Below are positions 1 through 10,837 of a DNA stretch of 46,753 nucleotides, in pieces. The notes below the pieces were generated by a model. That model had not been told where the DNA came from, ran no database searches, and saw only the letters and a list, made by a program, of their open reading frames with translations. The position numbers and the translations under genes were made by a program. Position 1 is the first letter of the stretch, and each line of letters starts with the position of its first letter. This DNA is from Laribacter sp. (GTDB lineage Bacteria; Pseudomonadota; Gammaproteobacteria; Burkholderiales; Aquaspirillaceae), in assembly GCA_018055005.1 (NCBI GenBank), contig JAGPIM010000001.1, positions 1 through 46,753 on the forward strand, given 5' to 3'.

Positions 1-20
1 CCCCCTTGCCCTGCTCTGGA

Positions 21-1688
<1,668 letters not shown>

Positions 1689-2532
1689 TACATTACCTAC
1701 CTGTTAAATAAAAGGGTTAGAGCGGTTATTTTTTGACATGTCCAATAACCTTGTTCGCGGACACGACGGGAATTTCACGATCACGCAGATAACGGCGGGT
1801 TATCTCCGGATCGCTATGGCCGGACAGGGCGGTGGGGTCAAGGCCTTGTCGTTTTGCTTTGGTTCCTGTCATGGCGCGCAAATCACGTAGCCGGGCGTCT
1901 TTGACTCCCGCTCGTGTGCATGTGCCAGTCCACTACTGCTGCAACCTGGTGATTTTAAGTGGTTTGCCGACTCTCTGGCTAAATAGCGTCACGGTTGATA
2001 CAAGGTGAGGCCCGGTTCTTCGTGCGTTCGAGGCCCATCGCACCATGGTCCGATGAGCTGGTGGCCGGTTTTTTTTGCTGCTTGAACCCGATGCCTTGCC
2101 CTGTGATCTGTTCGTGAAGCATGTTCACGATGTGGTCAGCCCGTTGACCAGGCAGCCTGCACAAATTCATGGCGTACTGGAGGTGTGGACAGGGGCGAGA
2201 AAATCTCAAATGCATGAAATGCGCGGGCTTGAACCGGGCACCGGATCTGTTCGTTAGCGAGACAATGTCCGGCTATGGCAATGTAATTTTCTTGCACGGT
2301 CTCTGTTTGAGACCCTGTCCGTCAAAAATGGGCGATATGAATGGCTTATGTGACTTTAAAATGCAAAACGGCCGTACGTGGTAGCCATCAATAACGAAGC
2401 CCGCTGTATGCGGGCTATTTCGTGCCGTCGTGAAGACATTTTGCCAAGACCTTGCATGGTCAAGAGGCCTTCTGAGTTGGCAGATAGGCTTGTTCTGATG
2501 CATTTGATCTGATAGCTAATGATTCTGCCTGG

Positions 2533-3300
2533 TTAGACGGATGGAGGCAAAAAATAACGTCCGAGCAACACGAGGCCTGATGCCAGAGTAATCATCTGCA
2601 ATATTCGTAAAAACTGTTCCCGGCTCAGGCCAATGGTGATGTGCCGCCCGGCAATCATTCCGGCCAGCATGGCAGGCATTAACCCCAGGGTCAGCAGCAA
2701 CAGGCTTGTGTCCATATACACGCCGGCCAGGGCAAACAGTGTGGCCCGGGTGAGGGTGGCCAGGCCGATCAGGCTGGACTGGGTAACACGCAGGTGGTCT
2801 TTCTTCTCGATTCGTCCGGACAGATAGATCGCGTAGATAAATCCTCCCATTCCAAACAGCGCACTGAATACCCCACCCACCAGACCAAACGGAATGGAGG
2901 CAGCAGGAGAAAAACTGCTATGTGGCTTGAGGCCACTCAGAGCGTACAGGGCGTAGCACACGATGAAAATCCCGAGTCCCAACAGCAAGGTTTCCGGTTG
3001 GGTACGCAGCAGCAGCATGGCACCAATGCCACTACCTATCATCATCAGCGGTACCAATCGCTTCAGCTCGGCTCGCTCGGCTTTATGCCCATCCTTGATG
3101 AAGTTTCCCAATGCGGCGCACATGTCCATCAGGGCCAGCAGCGGAACAATCTTGGCCACTGGCAAGAACAGCGCCAAGACAGGGCTGGCCACGAGAGAGG
3201 TGCCAAATCCGGCAATACCGAATACGATATAAGCACTGGTGATAACCAGGAAAATAATCGTGAAATCTGTCCAGTTAAGGTGCATCAACATGAAAGTCAC
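2533..3300 (-). CDS. Sulfite exporter TauE/SafE family membrane protein
   Basis: 255 aa, ~8 hydrophobic segments, GIAGFG and repeated GGVFSALFGMGG motifs typical of TauE/SafE; start may instead be the ATG at 3291. Confidence 0.85.
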   Translation of the reverse strand: MTFMLMHLNWTDFTIIFLVITSAYIVFGIAGFGTSLVASPVLALFLPVAKIVPLLALMDMCAALGNFIKDGHKAERAELKRLVPLMMIGSGIGAMLLLRTQPETLLLGLGIFIVCYALYALSGLKPHSSFSPAASIPFGLVGGVFSALFGMGGFIYAIYLSGRIEKKDHLRVTQSSLIGLATLTRATLFALAGVYMDTSLLLLTLGLMPAMLAGMIAGRHITIGLSREQFLRILQMITLASGLVLLGRYFLPPSV

Positions 3301-3449
3301 TCAGTTTTTCTGTTGAGAACAATTTATTTCAGCACCAAAAAATGACATTTGCAAATTTATTGTTTATGTTAAAAAACACAAGGTGTACAAGGAAGTGAAT
3401 TTGTATAGCTAATCGGTCTAATGTCTGGCTCGTCACGTATTTTTTGTCT

Positions 3450-3960
3450 TGGACATTTCATATGCTCCTTCACCAACCATCTGGATTCCGACGTCTTTGC
3501 TGGTAGGCGGCTGACGAAAAATAGAGCATGTCTGCGGCCGGTCTCCAGCGCCCGGATTTTGGTACCACTGGCTTCAATCCATTATTCTGGAGACTCTGCT
3601 TACCCTGCCTTGGTCGCAAGCATGATGTTCTCGGCGCTTGGTTGCATGAGTGCTTTTGAAAAAAACCGGTGCAGAATCAGGGAGCTGCTTTCCAGCGCGG
3701 CTCGTCAGATGCGGTGCAGGCCGAACTGCTAAGAACAGCGGGATGACGCGCTAGCTTCGTGTCTATCCTTACGAGCATTTCCGGAAACCCCTTTCTGTTT
3801 GCAGTGCATTCTCAGCTCAGTTGCTTCGATCTCGAAGACGGTGTGCCCTAAGCCATTCTGGCTGGTGCATTACTTGCGCGATCAGATATCCAGTTTTACT
3901 CGGGCTTTCCGGGATCGCAGCTGTTACTTCGACTGAGGTGCGTCTGAGAGTTATGTTGCT
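3450..3960 (-). pseudogene. Heavily decayed aldo/keto reductase remnant
   Basis: Manual minus-strand translation gives fragments with stops and frameshifts: ITLRRTSVEVTA, QFGLHRI*RAALESSSLILHRF, ENIMLATKAG, SPE*WIEASGTKIRALETGRRHALFFVSR. These follow the order of AKR N-terminal motifs (RxLGRTGLEVS, GINFFDTA, VVLATK, SLRRLxTDYIDL). Boundaries approximate. Confidence 0.45.
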
Positions 3961-4198
3961 GCCATTCTCGTTTTTGACTGCAATGAAGTGATCAAGTCGT
4001 CAGAGACTAATCTTGCATCATCCATAGTGGTTAATGCTGCTGGCGCAATGATTTTTATGTTATGCAGAAATTTTAACTCAATGGATGCTCCTTAGTCCGC
4101 GTGTTAATCTTTTAGAAGATTAATGGTGCTGTAAGTACATGTGAAATTTGATCAGTACAGATAGTGCTATTTATGAAAATCATCACTGATGGGTATAT

Positions 4199-4222
4199 AA
4201 AAAAACCCCGCTAGGCGGGGTT
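4199..4222 (-). terminator. Intrinsic terminator
   Basis: Minus strand reads AACCCCGC-CTA-GCGGGG followed by a T7 run. Confidence 0.75.
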
Positions 4223-4411
4223 GCGTGGAGGATATATTGCGTCAATGAACCTATTCAGGTCTTCATTGAATCGTCTGGCTTCAGCGTTACGTGAGTCCGC
4301 TGCCGATGGAGGTGAATAAATCCCTCGCCAGAGAGAGTTTGTGTGAGCCTGTTGGCTAAATGCAATATATTTTTCGTTTTCTGCTGATCTTCTGTTCGCT
4401 GGAAAAGACAT
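4211..4411 (-). CDS. Hypothetical small protein (66 aa)
   Basis: ATG at 4411 preceded by AAAGGA-ATAT (SD); the TAG stop lies inside the terminator hairpin. No family recognised. Confidence 0.5.
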   Translation of the reverse strand: MSFPANRRSAENEKYIAFSQQAHTNSLWRGIYSPPSAADSRNAEARRFNEDLNRFIDAIYPPRNPA

Positions 4412-5322
4412 ATATTCCTTTCTGTTGCTCAGAGAAATCCATTTTTTCAAGTGAGTGACAAAAAATAATCCGTCTGTATTTGAGCGGGTTAGATTATATT
4501 AGTGTTTCTTTGATTCTTCCAGCTGTCGTGGTGGAAGAAATGCAACATTGTTTTTGATGACTGCTGGTCGTGCCTTTTTAGGCTTTTTGGGTTCTTTGTT
4601 TCCGCGTTTTTGGCCTTTTGCCATGATGTGCTTTCAGGTTCTGTTGCAGGTCGTATCCCTGCCGGCGCATTTTTTACGTAATTAAATAGCGACGTATCCT
4701 CAGCATAGTCCTGTTTCATCGCTTGTAGGTAATTATTTTCATCATGATTTTGGCATTATTTTTCTTGTGCTTTATGTTTTGGCTGACTGGTCAATTTTGT
4801 TGTCGTGAAAATTGCTGATTCTTGCTGTGTGTTTTTTCCCTGGGGGATAGGCGCATGGTGATTGGTTTAAGATCAGATATTCATCTGTGAATGATTTCAT
4901 GACTTCCATTTTATTTTGTGTTGGTGGAGGGGGGTGTAATTGCGAGGATTATCTGGGTGGCAATTATTTTTGATAAAAAAACAAAACAGGAAATGATGTT
5001 TTTATGGGTTGTGGCAAAAGATTTTGCATGCATGAAAAAACATGTTTTTACCAAAATTTGATGTTTTTTGGACAGAAAAACATTCAATCGGAAATTGATT
5101 GATAGGATGTTGTTGCAGAAACTATTCGAGAAAAAACATTCAAAATATTTAATTGCTTGATAGAAACTGATGCGGATCATGACGTGTTGCGTCATGTACG
5201 CTCTCTCAAGCAGTTCAAAACGGGTAATCAGAAAACCTGTCGAAACGCCCGGCAGTTCGGGTTGCCGTGGCGGGCCGGGCGCCTACGCTCAAAGTATTTC
5301 ATGCCTGCCCGGAAAGCCCGCC

Positions 5323-6602
5323 ATGCATTCTCGCCCTGCTGTCCCTGTGCGCCTGATGTTGTGGCTGGTCGTGGCGTGGCCACTGGCATATGTGCTGATG
5401 CAGACACTGGCCTTTGTTCAGCCTCCCTTGGCATTGTTCGACATACCGCTGGGTGTGGGGTTGTCAGCCTTACTGCTGGCGCGCGGACGGGAGCGGCGCT
5501 GGGTGGTGTCCCTGGTCTGGCTGCTGGCGGCGGTTTTTCACGCATGGTCCGGGATTGGGGGGGGATGTCGGTCTTGCTGGCAGCTGGTGAAACCGGCCTG
5601 CTGGCACTGGCTGCATACCTGCTGACTCCGGGCGGACGCATTTTCCGGCTGTCAACGCCGCCCGCGACCATGCATTTTCTGGTGGTGCTGGTTCCGCTTG
5701 TGCTGTTACTGACACTGGTGCGCCTGCTGGCCGGGCCGGTACTGATGCCGTGGTGGCCGGAACTGCTGCTGTCCCTGACCGACGGGTTGCTGCTGGTTGT
5801 GCCGGTGCTGTTGCATGCCTTGGGCAGCCGCGACTGGCTGAGTGCTGCCGATCCACCATTCCGGCATCTGGCCGGAATGGTTTGCCTGGGGCTGATGACG
5901 CTGGTGCTGGCACTGGTGTTTGGCGAGGCACGCTTTGGTGTGGCCGGCTGGGGTATGCAGCCCTTGGTCTGGCTGCCGCTGGTGTTGCTGGCGCTGACGG
6001 TCATGTACTGGCCTGGCCCCGGCAGCAGTCTGGCCGTGTTCTGGCTGGCGCTGCTCTCCGGACTCGCGACGGTGGCCGGCATGGGGCCGTTTGCCCGCAT
6101 GGCACTGGCGATGCCGCTTTCCGTGCTGAACGTGCAGTTTTATGTGGCGGGGGCGGCGGTACTGGTACTGGTGCTTGGCGCGTTCGGGCTGGAGTGGCGA
6201 CAGCGGGTATGGCGCGGGCTGGAGTGGCGCCAGCGTTGCCTGTGGGGGCTGGAACAGTTGGGGGCAGTGGCATTTGAATTCCGGCCGGGGCACGGCCGCT
6301 GGCGCTGGCAGGGCAACACGGAGCAGGTACTGGGATACAAGGCGGAGGCGCTGGCTGACCGCCGGCATGTCCTGGCGCAGCTGCCGGCCGGGCAAAGGCA
6401 GGCACTGGACGAAGCCCTGACGGCGGCTTCGATGGGGGATGCCGGTCATGTTCAGGTCTGGGACTGGCATGGTGGTCATGGTGAAGTCCGCCCTGTGCGC
6501 TGGCGGCTGTCGGTGGAATGCGATGACAGCGGTGAAGTATGTCTGGTGCGTGGATTGCTGGAGCCGCTGACGGCAGCATCCGGTGACACGGTGATGGTGT
6601 GA
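5323..6602 (+). pseudogene. MASE1-like integral membrane sensor with C-terminal PAS-like domain, frameshifted at a G8 tract
   Basis: Hydrophobic N-terminal frame (MHSRPAVPVRLMLWLVVAWPLAY...AWSGIGG) continues in another frame (MSVLLAAGETGLLALA...TVAGMGPF...VQFYVAG) exactly at G8 5557-5564. The C-terminus (AFEF...WQGNTEQVLGY...VRGLLE) is PAS-like. One extra G restores a 426-aa ORF. Confidence 0.7.
5557..5564 (+). repeat. G8 homopolymer at the frameshift site
   Basis: ATT GGGGGGGG ATG; G9 or G6 would be in frame. Confidence 0.9.
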
Positions 6603-6997
6603 TGCGGCGGAGGCGAAGGGGGCACCGATACCCGGCTGATTGAATACAGCGTGATGGCTGGAAACAAGGGCTGTCAGCAAGATACCCGGCGGCTTTCATG
6701 CTGCTCTGCACCAGGCATGGCAGCCGCTTTCAATGCAGCCCTGGTACGGAACAGGGGTGAGCTGCGGAGCAAGCATCCGGGATGAGCGGCGCGTGTTGGC
6801 CTCGGCCGGAATGACGGCCGTGGGGTTACGGCTGGCGGAACCGGAAAAGAGGTTGCTTGCAGGGGGCTGGAGGCTTTCGGGATGCCGTAATCCGGGGCCG
6901 GGTCTGTCCTGCCTGAGCAGGGCGAAGCGCGTCGGCTGGTCCGGCCATGCAGGAAGGGCGGGCGGCGGAGACATGGTTGCCTCCGCCGGGGTTTCAG

Positions 6998-8041
6998 TCA
7001 GTAAACGATGATTTCGGCATCACCTGCCGTCAGGCTGCCGATTTCGCAGGCATAGCCAAAGCCGGCTGTGTGGAAGCGGGCCAGCACGTCGTCGACGGCT
7101 TCCGGGGCGACAGCTGCCAGAAGGCCGCCGCTGGTCTGCGGATCGGTCAGCAGGCGTTGTTGCCATTCGGGGATGGTGGTTGCAAATCTGATGCCGTGGC
7201 CGAAACTGGCCCGGTTGCGCTCGATGGCACCGGGACCGATCAGCTGGCGGGCGTAGGGCTCGACTTCGCGGATGACCGGAACGCGTGCCATGTCGACATG
7301 GGCAGTCAGACCAGCGCCGCGGCAGACTTCCAGCAGGTGGCCTGCGAGACCGAAGCCGGTGACATCGGTCAGGGCGTGTACGCTGGCAAGTGGTGCCAGT
7401 TCGCTGCCGACCACGTTGGGCAGGGTGGTGCTGGCAATCATGGCGGCGTAGCCTGCTTCGTCGAGCAGGCCTTTTTTCATGGCCTGCGCGAGGATGCCGA
7501 CGCCCAGGCCTTTGCCGAGGATCAGGCGGTCACCCGGGCGGGCTCCGGCATTGGTCTTGATCTGGTCCGGATGGACGACACCGATGCCGACCAGCCCGTA
7601 GATCGGCTCCGGGCTGTCGATCGAATGTCCGCCAGCCACCGGAATGCCGGCCGCTGTACAGACGGCCTGGCCGCCTTCCAGGATCTGCCGGATGGTGTCG
7701 GGGGTCAGGACATTGACCGGCATGCCGACGATGGCGAGTGCAAACAGCGGTTTGCCGCCCATGGCGTAGATGTCGGACAGTGCATTGGTGGCGGCGATGC
7801 GGCCAAAGTCGAATGGATCGTCGACGATGGGCATGAAGAAATCGGTGGTGGCGACGATGGCCTGCTCGTCGTTGAGGCGGTAGACCGCGGCATCATCGGC
7901 GGTGTCGATGCCGACCAGCAGGTCGGGCACTGGCAGTACGGGCCGGATGCCGGCGAGGATCTTTTCCAGCACGGACGGCGCAATTTTGCAGCCGCAGCCG
8001 CCACCGTGAGACAATTGGGTCAGCTTAACTTCCGTCATCAT
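6998..8041 (-). CDS. selD: Selenide, water dikinase (selenophosphate synthetase), Cys-containing
   Basis: MMTEVKLTQLSHGGGCGCKIAP N-terminus, DDAAVY, TTDFFMPIVDDP, DVTGFGL and DPQTSGGLL motifs; start trimmed from the ORF track to ATG 8041 (or 8038). Confidence 0.96.
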   Translation of the reverse strand: MMTEVKLTQLSHGGGCGCKIAPSVLEKILAGIRPVLPVPDLLVGIDTADDAAVYRLNDEQAIVATTDFFMPIVDDPFDFGRIAATNALSDIYAMGGKPLFALAIVGMPVNVLTPDTIRQILEGGQAVCTAAGIPVAGGHSIDSPEPIYGLVGIGVVHPDQIKTNAGARPGDRLILGKGLGVGILAQAMKKGLLDEAGYAAMIASTTLPNVVGSELAPLASVHALTDVTGFGLAGHLLEVCRGAGLTAHVDMARVPVIREVEPYARQLIGPGAIERNRASFGHGIRFATTIPEWQQRLLTDPQTSGGLLAAVAPEAVDDVLARFHTAGFGYACEIGSLTAGDAEIIVY

Positions 8042-8053
8042 CAAAGTGCGTCC

Positions 8054-9091
8054 ATGCGTTTTTTTCCGCCCGCGAACATAGCACAGCTCGCAGATTTCGA
8101 TGAAATCATCGACGTGCGTACACCGGCCGAGTTTGCCGAGGACCATATACCCAGCGCCATCAACTGTCCGGTCCTGTCGGACGAGGAGCGGGTGACTGTC
8201 GGAACGCTTTACAAGCAGGTGTCACCGTTTGAGGCCCGTCGGGTGGGGGCGGCGCTGGTGGCGCGCAACATTGCCGGGTATCTGGAAACCCGGCTGGCTG
8301 ACCGGCCCAAAGGCTGGCGGCCGCTGGTGTACTGCTGGCGTGGCGGACAGCGCTCCGGCTCGATGACCCTGATCCTGCAACAGATCGGCTGGGGCGCGCG
8401 GCAGCTGGAGGGTGGCTACAAGCAGTACCGGCATCTGGTGCTGGAGGAGTTGCAGGTGCTGCCCGGACGGTTTGACTATCGCGTGGTATGCGGCCCGACC
8501 GGCTCAGGCAAGACACGGCTGCTGACCGCCCTGCGGACCCAGGGGCGACAGGTGCTGGATCTGGAAGCGCTGGCCAACCATCGTGGTTCGGTGCTGGGAC
8601 GGGTGCCCGGTGAGGGGCAGCCCACGCAAAAGGGCTTTGACAGTGCCCTGCGTGCCGCCTTGCTGGCGCTGGATCCGCAAGAACCGGTGTTTGTCGAGGC
8701 AGAATCCAAGCGCATCGGCTTTGTTTCCCTGCCGGATGCGCTGGTGACGGCCATGCGGGCTGCCCGGTGCATTTATGTCGATGTTCCGTTTGCCGAGCGG
8801 GTGCGTTACCTCTTGGAAGACTACGACTTTTTCGTGCATTCGCCGGCCATGCTGGTGCAGCAACTGGGCTATCTGCGCGAGCTGTACGGACGGAAAAAGC
8901 TGGCCGAATGGCAAGCCTGGACCGAGGCCGGTGATTTTTACCGGCTGGTGGAGGACCTGCTGGCCAATCACTACGATCCCCTGTATTTCCGCTCGATGGG
9001 CAAGCATTTTGCACGGCTGGCCGAGGCGCAGCGGCTGGATGTAGGCAGTCTTGATTCACAAGAGCTGGAACGGCAGGCACGATTGCTGTGA
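8054..9091 (+). CDS. selU: tRNA 2-selenouridine(34) synthase MnmH/SelU
   Basis: Rhodanese domain (IIDVRTPAEFAEDHIP, VYCWRGGQRS) plus P-loop GPTGSGKT, DLEALANHRGS and EAESKRIG; true start ATG 8054 lies inside the 714-aa track ORF. Confidence 0.95.
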   Translation: MRFFPPANIAQLADFDEIIDVRTPAEFAEDHIPSAINCPVLSDEERVTVGTLYKQVSPFEARRVGAALVARNIAGYLETRLADRPKGWRPLVYCWRGGQRSGSMTLILQQIGWGARQLEGGYKQYRHLVLEELQVLPGRFDYRVVCGPTGSGKTRLLTALRTQGRQVLDLEALANHRGSVLGRVPGEGQPTQKGFDSALRAALLALDPQEPVFVEAESKRIGFVSLPDALVTAMRAARCIYVDVPFAERVRYLLEDYDFFVHSPAMLVQQLGYLRELYGRKKLAEWQAWTEAGDFYRLVEDLLANHYDPLYFRSMGKHFARLAEAQRLDVGSLDSQELERQARLL

Positions 9092-9271
9092 GGCTGACGG
9101 GCTGATCCTGTCCAGGGAGGTGTTGTCCGCCGCGCAGAGGGCAGCCAGAGAAGTGCTCGGGCCGACGGTGCCGCTGCCTGTCGAGGCAGGACGTGATGCA
9201 AGCGCCTGAGGATTCCGGATTTGCAGCGTGTGAGGATGAAAGAATATCCGGCGGCAAGGGCTTTTTGTATT

Positions 9272-9312
9272 AGTAAAAAACTATTTACTCAATAATCTGA
9301 CGCTATTACCAT
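9272..9312 (+). promoter_or_regulatory. Putative sigma70 promoter with overlapping palindrome upstream of the candidate sRNA
   Basis: TTTACT(9284-9289)-17 nt-TACCAT(9307-9312); inverted repeat AGTAAA-N6-TTTACT (9272-9289) in a short AT-rich patch. Confidence 0.4.
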
Positions 9313-9473
9313 ATGTCCTGTCGTGCCAGCCGTAGGGCAGACGGCAGGATGTTTGGTCTCCTGTGGCTAAACCCCGCTACCGGTGCGGGCTACGGTAACC
9401 GGTCGTTACTTGTTGATGTGTTTTCCCCTTCTCCGAAGGGCATGTTCCCGTCCGTGCAGGGCGGGAATTTTTT
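9313..9473 (+). ncRNA. Candidate trans-acting small RNA
   Basis: Five consecutive hairpins, one with a CUCCUG loop region, a GU-rich linker and a terminator (TTCCCGTCC-GTGCA-GGGCGGGAA-T6). No downstream gene on this strand and no credible ORF. Confidence 0.6.
9445..9473 (+). terminator. Intrinsic terminator
   Basis: TTCCCGTCC/GGGCGGGAA stem followed by TTTTTT. Confidence 0.8.
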
Positions 9474-9518
9474 ATGTCCGTCAGTTCCGGCGGCAGACTG
9501 ATTCTGGCCCGGGGTTCC

Positions 9519-10817
9519 TCAGCCCGGACCGGAAGACGCCGCAGTACGTGGCCGGATCAGCCAGGCCACCAGCCAGCCGCCCGCCAGCATGACGGCAATG
9601 GTGATGAATACGCTGGGCGTCGTCTGCCAGATTTCAAGGCCAAAGGCCGCCAGTACCACCAGCATCAGCAGCAGTCCGGCAATGATCAGCCACAACGCCC
9701 CGTGCGTCTGCCTGCGCAGCCGCCAGTGGGCAATCTGCACGGCCACGTAGGTGATCAGGTAAGTGGCACTGGCAGCCTGGGCGATGGCACTCAGGTTGAA
9801 GAAAGCGGCCATGATGATGGTCGCCACGACAATGCCGCCGACCAGCATGCGGTTGTACGGACGCTCGCCCTCTTGCAGGCTGGCCGGCAACTGGCCGCAG
9901 CGCGCCATGCGTGCCCCCATCTGCAACTGGCTGAAAAGCTGGGCATTGATGGCCGACGACGTGGACACCATCGCCGTCAGGGCCAGGATCACCACCCCGG
10001 CCGGCCCGAACAGCGGGTGTGCCACCTGCGCCATGGCCGTATCGGCATGCAGTTTCAGCTCGGCGATCGGCACGGTGCCCAGCGCCACCCACGCCAGCCC
10101 CACGTAAAACACCGCCACGATTGACACCGCCAGCAGCAGGGCCAGCGGAATGGTGCGCTCGGGCCGCTCGACTGCATCGGCGGCATTGGTGATCTGGCCG
10201 TAGCCCGAATACGCCAGGAAAGTCAGCCCGACCGTACCCAGCAGTGTTGTGGGAGAACTGAACCCCAGTGATTCAACCCGGCCGACCTCGGCCTGGGTCA
10301 GGCCGTAAACCAGCAGGATGGCCAGTACCGTCATCTTGATGCCGACCAGCACGATGGCCAGCCGGCCCACCAGCTTCGAGCCCACCAGGTTCACCCACAT
10401 CAGCAGGATCACGATCGCAGCCGCATAGGCTGGAATCCACACTTCTCCCGGTGCCAGCGGGATCACCCGGTGCGCGTATACCCCGAACGTGCGGGCAATC
10501 ATCGCCGTCGTGGTGATCAGGGTCAGCAGGAACAACAGCGACAGCCAGCCCGTTGTCACCGAATTGCCAAAAGCCAGCCGATAGAATTCATGAATGCCGC
10601 CGCCACTCGGATACGTGGCCGACAGGCGGGCATACGAATAACCCGACAGGGCCGCCACCACGCCGCCAATCACGAAAGCCAGCGGGGCATCGGCCCGGGC
10701 GGCGACCGCAGCATGCCCGAGCAACGCAAAAATACCGGCACCCACCATGGCACTGATGCCGAGCGAGACCGCGCCGAACAGGCCCATGCGGTGGACTGGC
10801 TTAACGGGAATACTCAT
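9519..10817 (-). CDS. APC family amino acid permease
   Basis: Start re-assigned to MSIPVKPVHRMGLFGAVSLGISAMVGAGIF (ATG 10817); GAGIF, YARLS..YPSGGG and FLAYSGY motifs; ~12 TM segments. Confidence 0.9.
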   Translation of the reverse strand: MSIPVKPVHRMGLFGAVSLGISAMVGAGIFALLGHAAVAARADAPLAFVIGGVVAALSGYSYARLSATYPSGGGIHEFYRLAFGNSVTTGWLSLLFLLTLITTTAMIARTFGVYAHRVIPLAPGEVWIPAYAAAIVILLMWVNLVGSKLVGRLAIVLVGIKMTVLAILLVYGLTQAEVGRVESLGFSSPTTLLGTVGLTFLAYSGYGQITNAADAVERPERTIPLALLLAVSIVAVFYVGLAWVALGTVPIAELKLHADTAMAQVAHPLFGPAGVVILALTAMVSTSSAINAQLFSQLQMGARMARCGQLPASLQEGERPYNRMLVGGIVVATIIMAAFFNLSAIAQAASATYLITYVAVQIAHWRLRRQTHGALWLIIAGLLLMLVVLAAFGLEIWQTTPSVFITIAVMLAGGWLVAWLIRPRTAASSGPG

Positions 10818-10837
10818 GGTGCGGCTCCGGCAAGCAG

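Noticed and set aside
1700-2530. Short overlapping ORFs upstream of ettA
   Set aside because: No recognisable homology or consistent expression signals.
4489-5195. Short ORFs 4489-4719 and 4911-5195
   Set aside because: No clear SD or family motif; AT-rich intergenic composition.
7985-8041. Possible selenocysteine in SelD
   Set aside because: The motif is GGGCGCK with Cys codons and no in-frame TGA; no selA/selB/selC in the window.
6947-9091. 714-aa ORF suggesting a SelU N-terminal fusion
   Set aside because: The first 369 codons are the stop-free antisense of selD; SelU homology starts at ATG 8054.
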